Virus record (IMG/VR): IMGVR_UViG_3300031673_000039
Span: 1-61,707 of that record
Length of the DNA stretch: 61,707 nt
Strand: one strand, 5' to 3'
Source: a virus
Of this stretch, positions 16,385-24,652 are shown in pieces. The position numbers and the translations under genes were made by a program. Below the pieces are notes generated by a model. That model saw only the letters and a program-made list of their open reading frames with translations. It did not search any database and was not told the origin of the DNA. How positions within the stretch are numbered: the first letter of the stretch is position 1; every line of letters begins with the position of its first letter.

Positions 16385-17061
16385 ACTCCGGCGAGCTGTA
16401 CGACCGCTTCCGCTCGGACGTCGTCGACGTCGAGAAGCCCTACCTCTGGTCGGAAGACGAGGTGTGGGGGTACATGGACGCGGCCTACAAGCTCTTCGTG
16501 CGCGACACGGATGGAATCGGCGACGCTACCTCGTCGGCGACCGAGGTTTCGGTCTCCGCCGGGGAAGCCTTTTCCGATGTCCACCCCTCTATTCTGAAGT
16601 TCCGCCAGGCGTTCCTCGCCTCGACTGGCGCGGAGCTGAACATTATCAACACGCAGGACACCGCCAAGCTCACCACCTCCGATTACGGCGTGCTTCGTTC
16701 CCTCAATGCCGCGTCGCAGCCCGGCCCGGTCAGAAACATGATCGTCGGCCTCGAGCGTGGCAAGGTGCGCTGGGCGCAGGTGCCGGTCGTCGACGATACG
16801 GTGAACCTCGTCACCTATCGCTTGCCACTGGCGGCGATTACCGGTGACGGGCAGGGGTTCGAGATCGGCGAAGAGCATCACATTTACCTGCTGCTGGGGA
16901 TGAAGGCACAGGCCTACCAGAAGCAGGACGCCGAGACCTTCGACCGGGGGCGGGCAACCGACAACGAGGCGCGCTTCACGGCGTACTGCGCCAAGGCGAA
17001 GGCCGAGGCGGAGCGCTACAAGTCGAAGCCGGTTCGTTCTGTAGTTTACGGCGGAATTTAA
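16381..17061 (+). CDS. Hypothetical virion protein (possible head-tail adaptor)
   Basis: GTG start overlapping the upstream stop. 226 aa. Function assigned by position only. Confidence 0.5.
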   Translation: MNSGELYDRFRSDVVDVEKPYLWSEDEVWGYMDAAYKLFVRDTDGIGDATSSATEVSVSAGEAFSDVHPSILKFRQAFLASTGAELNIINTQDTAKLTTSDYGVLRSLNAASQPGPVRNMIVGLERGKVRWAQVPVVDDTVNLVTYRLPLAAITGDGQGFEIGEEHHIYLLLGMKAQAYQKQDAETFDRGRATDNEARFTAYCAKAKAEAERYKSKPVRSVVYGGI

Positions 17062-17071
17062 GGAGAATCAA

Positions 17072-17527
17072 ATGGCTAGTGAATCCCAGGTGAGTTGCTC
17101 TCATGATGCTACCACGGGTTTGCCTGTAGAGAACCGAAGTACATCCGGTGCGCAACATGTTATGTTGCAGGCGAATACGGGTAGCGTCGGCGAAATCCCA
17201 GGCACCGGCATCATGGTGGCCGCCTCGGCTGACGTCAATTCAGCCGTTGCCGCAGACGTCAACGCAGCTGTGGCCGCCGCGGCGGGGTTGCGCCTGGTTG
17301 GTTTCGCATGCCGAGAATCGGCAGCAGTCGCCGCCGTCGCGACCTTCCAGATTATTCATGGGGCAACTGCCGCCGGCGGCACCGTGATTATCCCGGTGGA
17401 ACTGGGGGCGGATGGGAGCGCTCGCGAGTGGTTCGGACCGGAGGGCATCGCCTGTCCGAACGGGCTGTCAATTGACTGGATCGCGGGTACGACCGATGTA
17501 GTGTTGTTCTATAAAGCGGTGGCGTAA
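17072..17527 (+). CDS. Hypothetical virion-module protein (151 aa)
   Basis: AAGGAG RBS. Ala-rich ORF. Confidence 0.55.
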   Translation: MASESQVSCSHDATTGLPVENRSTSGAQHVMLQANTGSVGEIPGTGIMVAASADVNSAVAADVNAAVAAAAGLRLVGFACRESAAVAAVATFQIIHGATAAGGTVIIPVELGADGSAREWFGPEGIACPNGLSIDWIAGTTDVVLFYKAVA

Positions 17528-17555
17528 TGAGCATCAGCGGCTGCGGAGGCATCTG

Positions 17556-18146
17556 ATGACCATCACGATCAAGAAGGGCAAGACTTTCAGCCGGGTTCTC
17601 AGGCCGACTGCCCCGCCCTACATCTACAAGGCGATCACCGCGATCACACAGACAGCCCCTGTGGGCATCAAAGCCATTGCCCACGGCCTGGTGAACGGCC
17701 AGTATGTGGCCGTCGTTTCGGTCAAGGGCATGACCCAGATCAACGGCAGCGTGCCGCCGAAGGACAAGGACTACCACATGGTCACCGTCGCGGACGTGGA
17801 CAACGTCACCATCAATGACATCAACGCCGCGGAATTCAGCGCGTATGTGTCCGGCGGCTACCTGCAGTTCCTCACCCCGGTGGACATGGTCGGCTGCACC
17901 GCGCGGCGCAGCATCAAGGACAAGATTGGCGGCACTGAGCTACTGCGCCTGGACACGACCTCCGGCGGACTGGTTATCGACAACACCGCGCACACCATCA
18001 CCGAGACCATCAATGCTACAGTTACGGCCGCTCTGACCTGGAAGAAAGGGGTCACCGACCTCGAGCTGGAAGTCACGGCCACGGGTGTTGTGACGGAAAT
18101 AGACTCCGAAGACGTCGTGGTCACGGTGGGTGAGGTGACAACGTGA
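17556..18146 (+). CDS. Hypothetical virion-module protein (196 aa)
   Basis: GGAGG RBS, clean ORF. Confidence 0.6.
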   Translation: MTITIKKGKTFSRVLRPTAPPYIYKAITAITQTAPVGIKAIAHGLVNGQYVAVVSVKGMTQINGSVPPKDKDYHMVTVADVDNVTINDINAAEFSAYVSGGYLQFLTPVDMVGCTARRSIKDKIGGTELLRLDTTSGGLVIDNTAHTITETINATVTAALTWKKGVTDLELEVTATGVVTEIDSEDVVVTVGEVTT

Positions 18147-18288
18147 ACTGGAGGCCGCGTACTTCTGGGGTGATCTTCTAGCATACTCAACCCGTTACAT
18201 CCGCGAATTCGAACGTAAGCAAATGCCCGATGAGTACCTCCATGCCGCCGACAAAGCGGGTGTTTAAGAACAAGGTAAAGGGGACTGA

Positions 18289-18543
18289 ATGGAAGACCGC
18301 CGCGCGCACGAACGAATCGACATCCTCGAAGTAACCGTGAAAAAGCACATAGAGGCTCACGCGAAATTCGAGGCTTCCATCGAGGAAAATACGAAACTGA
18401 CCCGTTCAATCGCCGACAACACCGCGGAGCTGGTGGCGCTGATACGGGGGGCCAAGGGGCTGAGGTCGTTTGTTGTATGGGTGTCCCCGGTCATGGTCGC
18501 CGGCGCGGCGGCGTGGGTGTGGCTGAGGATGGCAGCGAAATGA
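18289..18543 (+). CDS. Small protein with a C-terminal TM helix (possible holin/antiholin-like lysis accessory)
   Basis: 84 aa. N-terminal amphipathic part and C-terminal FVVWVSPVMVAGAAAWVWL. Lies just upstream of the endolysin. Confidence 0.4.
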   Translation: MEDRRAHERIDILEVTVKKHIEAHAKFEASIEENTKLTRSIADNTAELVALIRGAKGLRSFVVWVSPVMVAGAAAWVWLRMAAK

Positions 18544-18701
18544 AATCACATAACGTAGTGCTCTGTCCCGCCTGCGCGGCCGTGTTCCGCCCCCAACTCG
18601 GCGAGGAGATATGCGCCAAGTGCGAGCAGGTCGAAAAGCAGCGGCTGGACGAACTCGACAACGAGATTAATGCGCGCGCCTATCAGGATAAAGTCCAGTG
18701 A
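18540..18701 (+). CDS. Small zinc-ribbon protein (53 aa)
   Basis: ATGA overlap with the upstream gene. CPAC...CAKC. Confidence 0.45.
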   Translation: MKSHNVVLCPACAAVFRPQLGEEICAKCEQVEKQRLDELDNEINARAYQDKVQ

Positions 18702-19132
18702 ATCTCACCCCGCACTTCACGCTCGAAGAATTGACTTTCTCAGACACGGCGCAGCGCCTGGGGATCGACAACACTCCTGACGACGGCGTCCGCGCCAACC
18801 TGCAACTGGCAGCCAACGGCATGGAGATGGTGCGCGAGCTGCTGGGCGAGCCGATCCGGCTCAACTCAGGCTACCGCTGCGAAGCACTGAACAAGGCCAT
18901 CGGCGGCGCAAAAGGCTCGGCGCACATGGATGGGCTCGCGGTGGACTTCACCTGCGTCGAGTATGGGCCGCCCATCGCCATCGTCAAGGCGCTGGAAAAA
19001 GACAACGTCCCGTTCGACAAGTGCATTCAGGAGGGAACCTGGGTGCATATCAGCTTTGCCCCGGCGATGCGTCGCCTGGTGATGACGGCCCACTTCGGCC
19101 CCAACGGAACTACCTACACCGTAGGAGTCTGA
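18698..19132 (+). CDS. Endolysin, peptidase M15-type (L-alanyl-D-glutamate / D-Ala-D-Ala peptidase fold)
   Basis: FTLEELTFSDTAQRLGIDNTP...LNSGYRCEALNKAIGGAKGSAHMDGLAVDF matches the M15/VanY-like zinc peptidase signature (H...D...H). Confidence 0.8.
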   Translation: MNLTPHFTLEELTFSDTAQRLGIDNTPDDGVRANLQLAANGMEMVRELLGEPIRLNSGYRCEALNKAIGGAKGSAHMDGLAVDFTCVEYGPPIAIVKALEKDNVPFDKCIQEGTWVHISFAPAMRRLVMTAHFGPNGTTYTVGV

Positions 19133-19133
19133 C

Positions 19134-19364
19134 ATGAAAATTCGAATGCTGAAGCGGCGGTTGCAAGGGGCGGTCAGGTCGATGACGATCTGGGTGAACA
19201 GCGTGTTCGGCGCGGTGCTGCTCGGTCTGCCGGAGCTTCAGTTGACCTTCCCGCAGATACAGCCCTACGTGCCTGAGCAATTTTTCAAGTACGCAATGGG
19301 CGCAGTGATCGTGGCCAACATCCTGCTGCGGTTCAAAACCAATATCGACCTGGCGGCCAAATGA
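19134..19364 (+). CDS. Holin candidate (76 aa, 2 TM)
   Basis: Two hydrophobic helices (IWVNSVFGAVLLGL, AMGAVIVANILL). Directly downstream of the endolysin. Confidence 0.55.
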   Translation: MKIRMLKRRLQGAVRSMTIWVNSVFGAVLLGLPELQLTFPQIQPYVPEQFFKYAMGAVIVANILLRFKTNIDLAAK

Positions 19365-19897
19365 CGCGCGCCAATGTCTTGCTGGGTATTCTGTTCGTTC
19401 TCGTAGCCTACGTTCTGTGGGACCACTTCACCCCTGCACCAGCACTCAGCGGGCAGTGGGCCGAGGCTGCGCCGAGCAAGCAGCTCGCCGCCGTGCCGAA
19501 AGTCGAGATCGCCCCGAAGAAGCTCAGGGTCTACGCGCCCCAGGCGAAGAAGAAACTCAATCTTCCCGACCCCATCCAGCAGGACGACAACCAGTACGTG
19601 CTGGCCTCGACCACGCTGAAGCATGACTACCTCCCGCAAACCGTGACCACTGTGGTCAACAGCGAGACCGGGGAGAGCACCACGATCACGCGCCGCGAAG
19701 CCTACCCGTGGCTGACGGCGCAGCAGACCGGGGAAATCCGGCTGGATTACGGTATCAAGAACGGACTGGCAAGAGTAGGGAGGCTGACGCTGCGCGAGGA
19801 CTTGATTCAGATCAAGGGCATCAATCTCGGCGCAACGGCGACGCTGGACACCGACGGGTCCGCGTTCGCCGGGGCGGGGGTTGGCGTTAAATGGTAG
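19361..19897 (+). CDS. N-terminally membrane-anchored protein (possible spanin-like lysis component)
   Basis: N-terminal TM LLGILFVLVAYVLW. ATGA overlap with the holin candidate. No coiled coil and no embedded lipoprotein ORF seen. Confidence 0.35.
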   Translation: MTRANVLLGILFVLVAYVLWDHFTPAPALSGQWAEAAPSKQLAAVPKVEIAPKKLRVYAPQAKKKLNLPDPIQQDDNQYVLASTTLKHDYLPQTVTTVVNSETGESTTITRREAYPWLTAQQTGEIRLDYGIKNGLARVGRLTLREDLIQIKGINLGATATLDTDGSAFAGAGVGVKW

Positions 19898-19898
19898 G

Positions 19899-19920
19899 CT
19901 CTGACACAATCTGATATAAT
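19899..19920 (+). promoter_or_regulatory. Best copy of the recurrent motif; extended -10 promoter candidate for the tail block
   Basis: CTCTGACACAATCTGATATAAT contains TGaTATAAT. It lies in the 52-nt gap before gene 19950. Confidence 0.55.
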
Positions 19921-19949
19921 CTAATTAGTCAATCTAAAGGAAACACGAC

Positions 19950-20360
19950 ATGGCTATTATCCGCTTTCTCACTGCTGTCAAGAACTCCTGCCTCACCCCC
20001 GTTCAGGTCGCCATCGATGCAGGGGTGGGAGCGGGTACGGTCAAGGTCTACACGGGAGCGATGCCGACCACGCCGGCCGATGCCATCGTCGCACAGGTGC
20101 TGCTCGGCACGCTGACTTTCTCCGATCCGTGCGGCACAGTGGCGGCGGGCGCGCTGACCATGTCGGCCATCACCCAGGACTCTTCTGCGGACGCCACGGG
20201 CACCGCCGCGTGGGCGCGGGTCGCGGACAGCGCCGGCGTGACCGTCATGGATATCGACATCACCACTACCGGCGGAGGCGGCACGATGCAGCTGAACACC
20301 ACCAACATCGTCATCGGCGGGCCAATCCTGATCTCCTCCTTCGTGCTCTCGGTGGCGTAA
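19950..20360 (+). CDS. Hypothetical tail-module protein (136 aa)
   Basis: AAAGGAAA RBS, clean ORF. Confidence 0.6.
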   Translation: MAIIRFLTAVKNSCLTPVQVAIDAGVGAGTVKVYTGAMPTTPADAIVAQVLLGTLTFSDPCGTVAAGALTMSAITQDSSADATGTAAWARVADSAGVTVMDIDITTTGGGGTMQLNTTNIVIGGPILISSFVLSVA

Positions 20361-20361
20361 T

Positions 20362-21435
20362 ATGGCGTTCGTCATCGCAGACCGCGTCAAGGAGACGTCG
20401 ACTACGACGGGGGCTGGCGCGCTGACCCTAGCCGGAGCGATGACCGGGTTCCAGACCTTCGCCGCAAAGTGCGCGGTGGGCGATACGCTCTACTACGCGC
20501 TGCAAGGCGTGGACGCCAATGGCACGCCGACAGGGGAGTGGGAGTGCGGCCTAGGCACCTACTCTGCGGCGTCCACTCTGACGCGCACCACGATCACCTC
20601 TAGCAGTAACGCAGGCTCGGTGGTCACCCTCTCGGCCGGCACCAAGCAGGTCTACATCACTATGCCGGCAGTGCAGGCGGCTTGGCCGCGCGAGCGGCTG
20701 ACGGCGGGGCGGACGTATTACGTGCGCACCGACGGCGTTGATACCAACATCGGGTTGGAGAACACGGCGGGCGGGGCGTTTTTGACGATTCAGAAGGCGG
20801 TAAATGTTGTTGCCTTATTAGACATAGCAACATACGATGTAACGATCCAACTGGCCGATGGCACCTACACAGGTAACGTCGTGGTAAATAATCCGTGGCT
20901 CGGGAGCGGTACGGTAAAACTTTTAGGCAACGCGACGACTCGTGCAAACGTGCTGGTGACCGCATCAACCGGTAACACGATAATTGCCCAGAATGGGGCG
21001 GCGCTCATCTGTCAGTCTTTTAAGGTCACCAGTACTGCCGGGGTGGGATTGCAGGCAAAAATTAACGGCAGCATCACTTATGCCAATATTGATTTCGGGG
21101 CCTGTGCCGTTGGCCAAGTGCTCGCCAGCGACAACGGCGTTATCAGTAGCTCTGGCAATTATGGAATATCCGGGGCGGCCCCATACCACATTCGGGCAAC
21201 GGCAGGGTTTGTGCGCAATCAAGGTGCTACCGTAACCATCACCGGCACCCCCAGCTTTTCAATTGCGTTTGCAAATGCGATCACCGGCGGAGTCATCCTT
21301 CTTGAGAACAATACATATTCTGGGTCGGCCACGGGTAAAAGCTACGAGACTGTCACAAATGGTGTCGTTAGCTCTGGCGTCACCTTGCCCGGCGACGTTG
21401 CAGGCACCACCGCCACCGGCGGTCAGTACGTCTAA
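20362..21435 (+). CDS. Tail fibre/tailspike-like protein (beta-helix-like)
   Basis: 357 aa with repetitive G/N/T/V-rich strands (GRTYYVRTDGVDTN..., TIQLADGTYTGNVVVNN) suggestive of a parallel beta-helix. Confidence 0.45.
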   Translation: MAFVIADRVKETSTTTGAGALTLAGAMTGFQTFAAKCAVGDTLYYALQGVDANGTPTGEWECGLGTYSAASTLTRTTITSSSNAGSVVTLSAGTKQVYITMPAVQAAWPRERLTAGRTYYVRTDGVDTNIGLENTAGGAFLTIQKAVNVVALLDIATYDVTIQLADGTYTGNVVVNNPWLGSGTVKLLGNATTRANVLVTASTGNTIIAQNGAALICQSFKVTSTAGVGLQAKINGSITYANIDFGACAVGQVLASDNGVISSSGNYGISGAAPYHIRATAGFVRNQGATVTITGTPSFSIAFANAITGGVILLENNTYSGSATGKSYETVTNGVVSSGVTLPGDVAGTTATGGQYV

Positions 21436-21438
21436 GCC

Positions 21439-22434
21439 ATGAGCCTCGGCTCAGGCGCACTCTCGGAGTCCCCTCTCGGCGCAGCTGCGGGTGCAGGTGC
21501 CTCGGACGCCGTTACTGTTGTAGCGGTTTTTCCCTTCTCCGCCGATGTTCAAGGTCTCGCAGCTGCGGTAGGGACTTCTGCTGCGACACTGCCTGTCTCG
21601 GCTACCGTTTCTGCGGGCCACGGCCCCACAGGAGCAACTGCCACCACGATCCCGCTGTCAGCCGTGGTCAGTGCAGGTCACGGTGTCCGCAGCGATATAA
21701 GCACGGGGGTCCCGTTCACAGCGGTTGCGCAAGGATCGGGTCACGTCCAAGGCTCGATCCTTTCGAAGCTGACCTTCTCGGCAGCCGCCGCAGGCAGCCA
21801 GTACGCTACGGCGTTGGTCAACGCGAGGCTGCCGATTGCTGTAACGGTGCTCGGCGAGCAGTACACAACCAGCGTTGTTTCCGTCACCATCCCTTTCTCA
21901 GCGGTGGCCTCTGGCAAAGTTGCCGCGGTCGGTGTAGGCGCAGGGAATATTCCCTTCTCGGCGATGGCCATCAGCATCGCCAGCGGCGTAGCAGTCGCCA
22001 CAGCCGACCTGCCGTTCTCCGGGGTGGTGACGGGGGTAACAGCCGTCTCAACCTCATTGCTGGCAATAGAGTTGGCGTTCACAGCGGAGGTGTTGGGGTC
22101 GGCAGCCCCATGCGGGCGAGGAGCAGGGGTACTGAGCTTTAACGCGGCGGCAGTAGGGGTACGAGGGACGGTGGCGGGGGTGACAGCAGGGATGCCTTTT
22201 TATGCCACTACCTCTGGGAGCCACGGACGGTGCGGTACGGCTGCAGGGGCTTTCTCGTTTACCGGGGCGATTGCCTGCAAGCTCGGTGCGCAGGGCCCTA
22301 TCTCCGCAGTGGTACCTGTAGAGGGGAGCGCATCAGGCTCCACGACGATGTCCTATTTCGGTCAGGTTGCCGGTCCACTTAATATTGTAGGCTACGCGAG
22401 GGAACCCGCCCCCGCTGTTGTGGGGCACTGCTAG
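21439..22434 (+). CDS. Repeat-containing tail/fibre-associated protein (about 14 tandem 20-aa [ILV]PFSA-type repeats)
   Basis: 331 aa rich in Ala/Gly/Ser/Val. Periodic motif FPFSADV, LPVSATV, IPLSAVV, VPFTAVA, IPFSAVA, IPFSAMA, LPFSGVV, MPFYATT. Confidence 0.5.
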   Translation: MSLGSGALSESPLGAAAGAGASDAVTVVAVFPFSADVQGLAAAVGTSAATLPVSATVSAGHGPTGATATTIPLSAVVSAGHGVRSDISTGVPFTAVAQGSGHVQGSILSKLTFSAAAAGSQYATALVNARLPIAVTVLGEQYTTSVVSVTIPFSAVASGKVAAVGVGAGNIPFSAMAISIASGVAVATADLPFSGVVTGVTAVSTSLLAIELAFTAEVLGSAAPCGRGAGVLSFNAAAVGVRGTVAGVTAGMPFYATTSGSHGRCGTAAGAFSFTGAIACKLGAQGPISAVVPVEGSASGSTTMSYFGQVAGPLNIVGYAREPAPAVVGHC

Positions 22435-24642
22435 ATGGCTTACAACGACAAGAAATTCGGCCAGCTCTTCCCGACCCGCCACGGCGGGGCTACGGGGACG
22501 GCGAACGAACGCCAGATGCTCGACGCGCTCGGCGGCACCGACGGGTATAGAACCCGCTACCAGACCAACCTGGACGGCAGCGTGACGCGCTGCGACACCA
22601 AGAACGGAATGCCGCAGTTCACAACCTCCTTGGCGCCGACGGACAACGTGGTGACGTACGACATTTACATGGAGTCGGGCCAGTTGGAGTGGACTTACCC
22701 TGGAGAGTTAAACCCGGATAGACTGGACTCGGCGAAGTGGCACTTCCTGGATATCCCGGCCACGGGCGAGTACCTGGGGTATATCGCAGGAGCGCCGCCC
22801 TCTTTCGGCGCTCAGGAAAATCAACCAGCGCTCACGGAGGGCATGTACTCGCGCGCCATAGGCTACCCAAAGAGCGCCGACGCAACGACGGATGCAGCCA
22901 GCCAGACGGCGTACGGCGGGGCGACGCTCACAAAGAAAATATCCTGCCTTTTTCCGTCGTCGCTGTTCTCGGGAAAAATGCGGCTTTTCTTGCAGGCGCA
23001 GTACGGCGCAATGGAAACGCTGGCCGCGTTCCCGCTCGTGGTGGAGACCATCGGCTCATCGACTATTCTGAAATACGAGTCCGCGGGTTTTTCGGTCCAG
23101 TTTGGGTTATGGGCGCACCACTCGCCGGGCATATTCACTGCGCCCGACGGAACCTTCTGGTTGATCACCATTACCAAGCCGACGGGAACGGGCTACCTGG
23201 CCACGGCCTACGCCATCAAGCAAGGCGTCGCCGGGAAAGCTCTCCTCGACGAGTACAAGAGCCGCCTCGCCGCAGGCACTCTAGGTGCTGGGGAGAGGGT
23301 CGAACTCGAAGCGTACATCTTCGCGCACAGCACCATAGATACTGCCAACCCCCAGCTCATCGGAGCGTTTGCGGGGGCCGCTGGCGGCCCGCTGGCCTAT
23401 GGTTGGAAGTGGAACAGCGACGGCAGTAAGGCCTCAATCGTCGTGCACGAGACGCTGGGTACTGGCGCAGGCGACCTGCGCTGGAAGGCGTCAACCATCA
23501 ACGTGGTTTTCTCCTACGAGGCCGGTGCGCTCTCCCTGACCAGCGCCGTCGTAGCCGGCGGGGAGTGGACTGATGGCTGGGGCGTCTACAACATCTTCGC
23601 GCCTGAGAGCGACCTCGGTACGCGGCTGGGGCACGTTTCTTTGGCTACCAACAGGACGGGTGTGAAGCCTGCCTTCAATTTCAGCGGCGTGCCCGTGTAT
23701 GGCTACTACAAAGACGACGTGTGGATGCCGATAACGATGTCGCGCTCTGTCGCGACCGGACCGTTCCCGCTCTACACCCAGAGTTATTCCGGTCTTTCGT
23801 TCTGCTCGACGATCGATCTGAACATCACAAACGTCTATGAATACGCCTACATGCCCGCAACCGCAGGGATGACTTACGAATCCCACAGTCTTAGTGCCAG
23901 TACCACGATGGGCGTGACCGTCGGCAGTGCGGCGTACGCCGGAAGCTCGGCGTCCGGCACGCACATCTATCTTACGAAGTCTGTAGCCGTGGGGGGAACT
24001 GTCGTGGCCTCCGTTGACTTTAGCGGCAATGTTGGGGGCAGCTATTGCTCCCCAGTAGGCGGAGTTGGGGGGGAACCGTACGATAGCGGCCACCCTGGGG
24101 ACGCAGATAGACCCGCATTCATGACCATGTGCAGGATCACGTTAACGAGATACACGTGGATCGGCGCCGTCAACAGCGCGTGGACGCTAGTGCTCCCCGG
24201 CGGGGACTGCGAGGCGGCGTATGTCGCCACGTACGCCTATAATCAATCTGACGCGTTCACGCACACGGTTACCTCCGACGACGGGGTGTGCGGTTTCTCT
24301 GGGATAGGCTGGTACTCGGGCGTGGCGTACGACGTCGAACCGTGGGCAGCCGTCATGTCGAACGGTTGGTACGGGATAAACGCGAATGTCACCTACTCCA
24401 CCACTGCCGCTGCGCCCGCCGACCAAACCACCAGCGTCTACTGCTTCAACGCCACGATCTCCGGCGTTCAGGGGTCACCGGGCGGTAGCTACTCCCAGCT
24501 GTTCGAAGTCGACTATACCTACCCGTACTACGACCGAGGCATGTACACCTACACCAGCGCGAGCAAGCGCTATGTCATGTCAGAGGGATTGAAATCCTCC
24601 GCGTCTGTCGACGCTAATCGCCGCTTCGTTGGCTGGGCCTAA
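22435..24642 (+). CDS. Large tail protein (735 aa), function unknown
   Basis: TAGATG junction with the upstream gene. Long clean ORF in the tail block. Confidence 0.65.
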   Translation: MAYNDKKFGQLFPTRHGGATGTANERQMLDALGGTDGYRTRYQTNLDGSVTRCDTKNGMPQFTTSLAPTDNVVTYDIYMESGQLEWTYPGELNPDRLDSAKWHFLDIPATGEYLGYIAGAPPSFGAQENQPALTEGMYSRAIGYPKSADATTDAASQTAYGGATLTKKISCLFPSSLFSGKMRLFLQAQYGAMETLAAFPLVVETIGSSTILKYESAGFSVQFGLWAHHSPGIFTAPDGTFWLITITKPTGTGYLATAYAIKQGVAGKALLDEYKSRLAAGTLGAGERVELEAYIFAHSTIDTANPQLIGAFAGAAGGPLAYGWKWNSDGSKASIVVHETLGTGAGDLRWKASTINVVFSYEAGALSLTSAVVAGGEWTDGWGVYNIFAPESDLGTRLGHVSLATNRTGVKPAFNFSGVPVYGYYKDDVWMPITMSRSVATGPFPLYTQSYSGLSFCSTIDLNITNVYEYAYMPATAGMTYESHSLSASTTMGVTVGSAAYAGSSASGTHIYLTKSVAVGGTVVASVDFSGNVGGSYCSPVGGVGGEPYDSGHPGDADRPAFMTMCRITLTRYTWIGAVNSAWTLVLPGGDCEAAYVATYAYNQSDAFTHTVTSDDGVCGFSGIGWYSGVAYDVEPWAAVMSNGWYGINANVTYSTTAAAPADQTTSVYCFNATISGVQGSPGGSYSQLFEVDYTYPYYDRGMYTYTSASKRYVMSEGLKSSASVDANRRFVGWA

Positions 24643-24652
24643 AGGAAACAAC

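Noticed and set aside
19417-19626. Embedded o-spanin (Rz1-like) ORFs within gene 19361..19897 (19417..19626 and 19708..19890)
   Set aside because: Neither has a lipobox (L-x-x-C with a preceding signal sequence). Both are Arg/Gly/Pro-rich shadow-type sequences.
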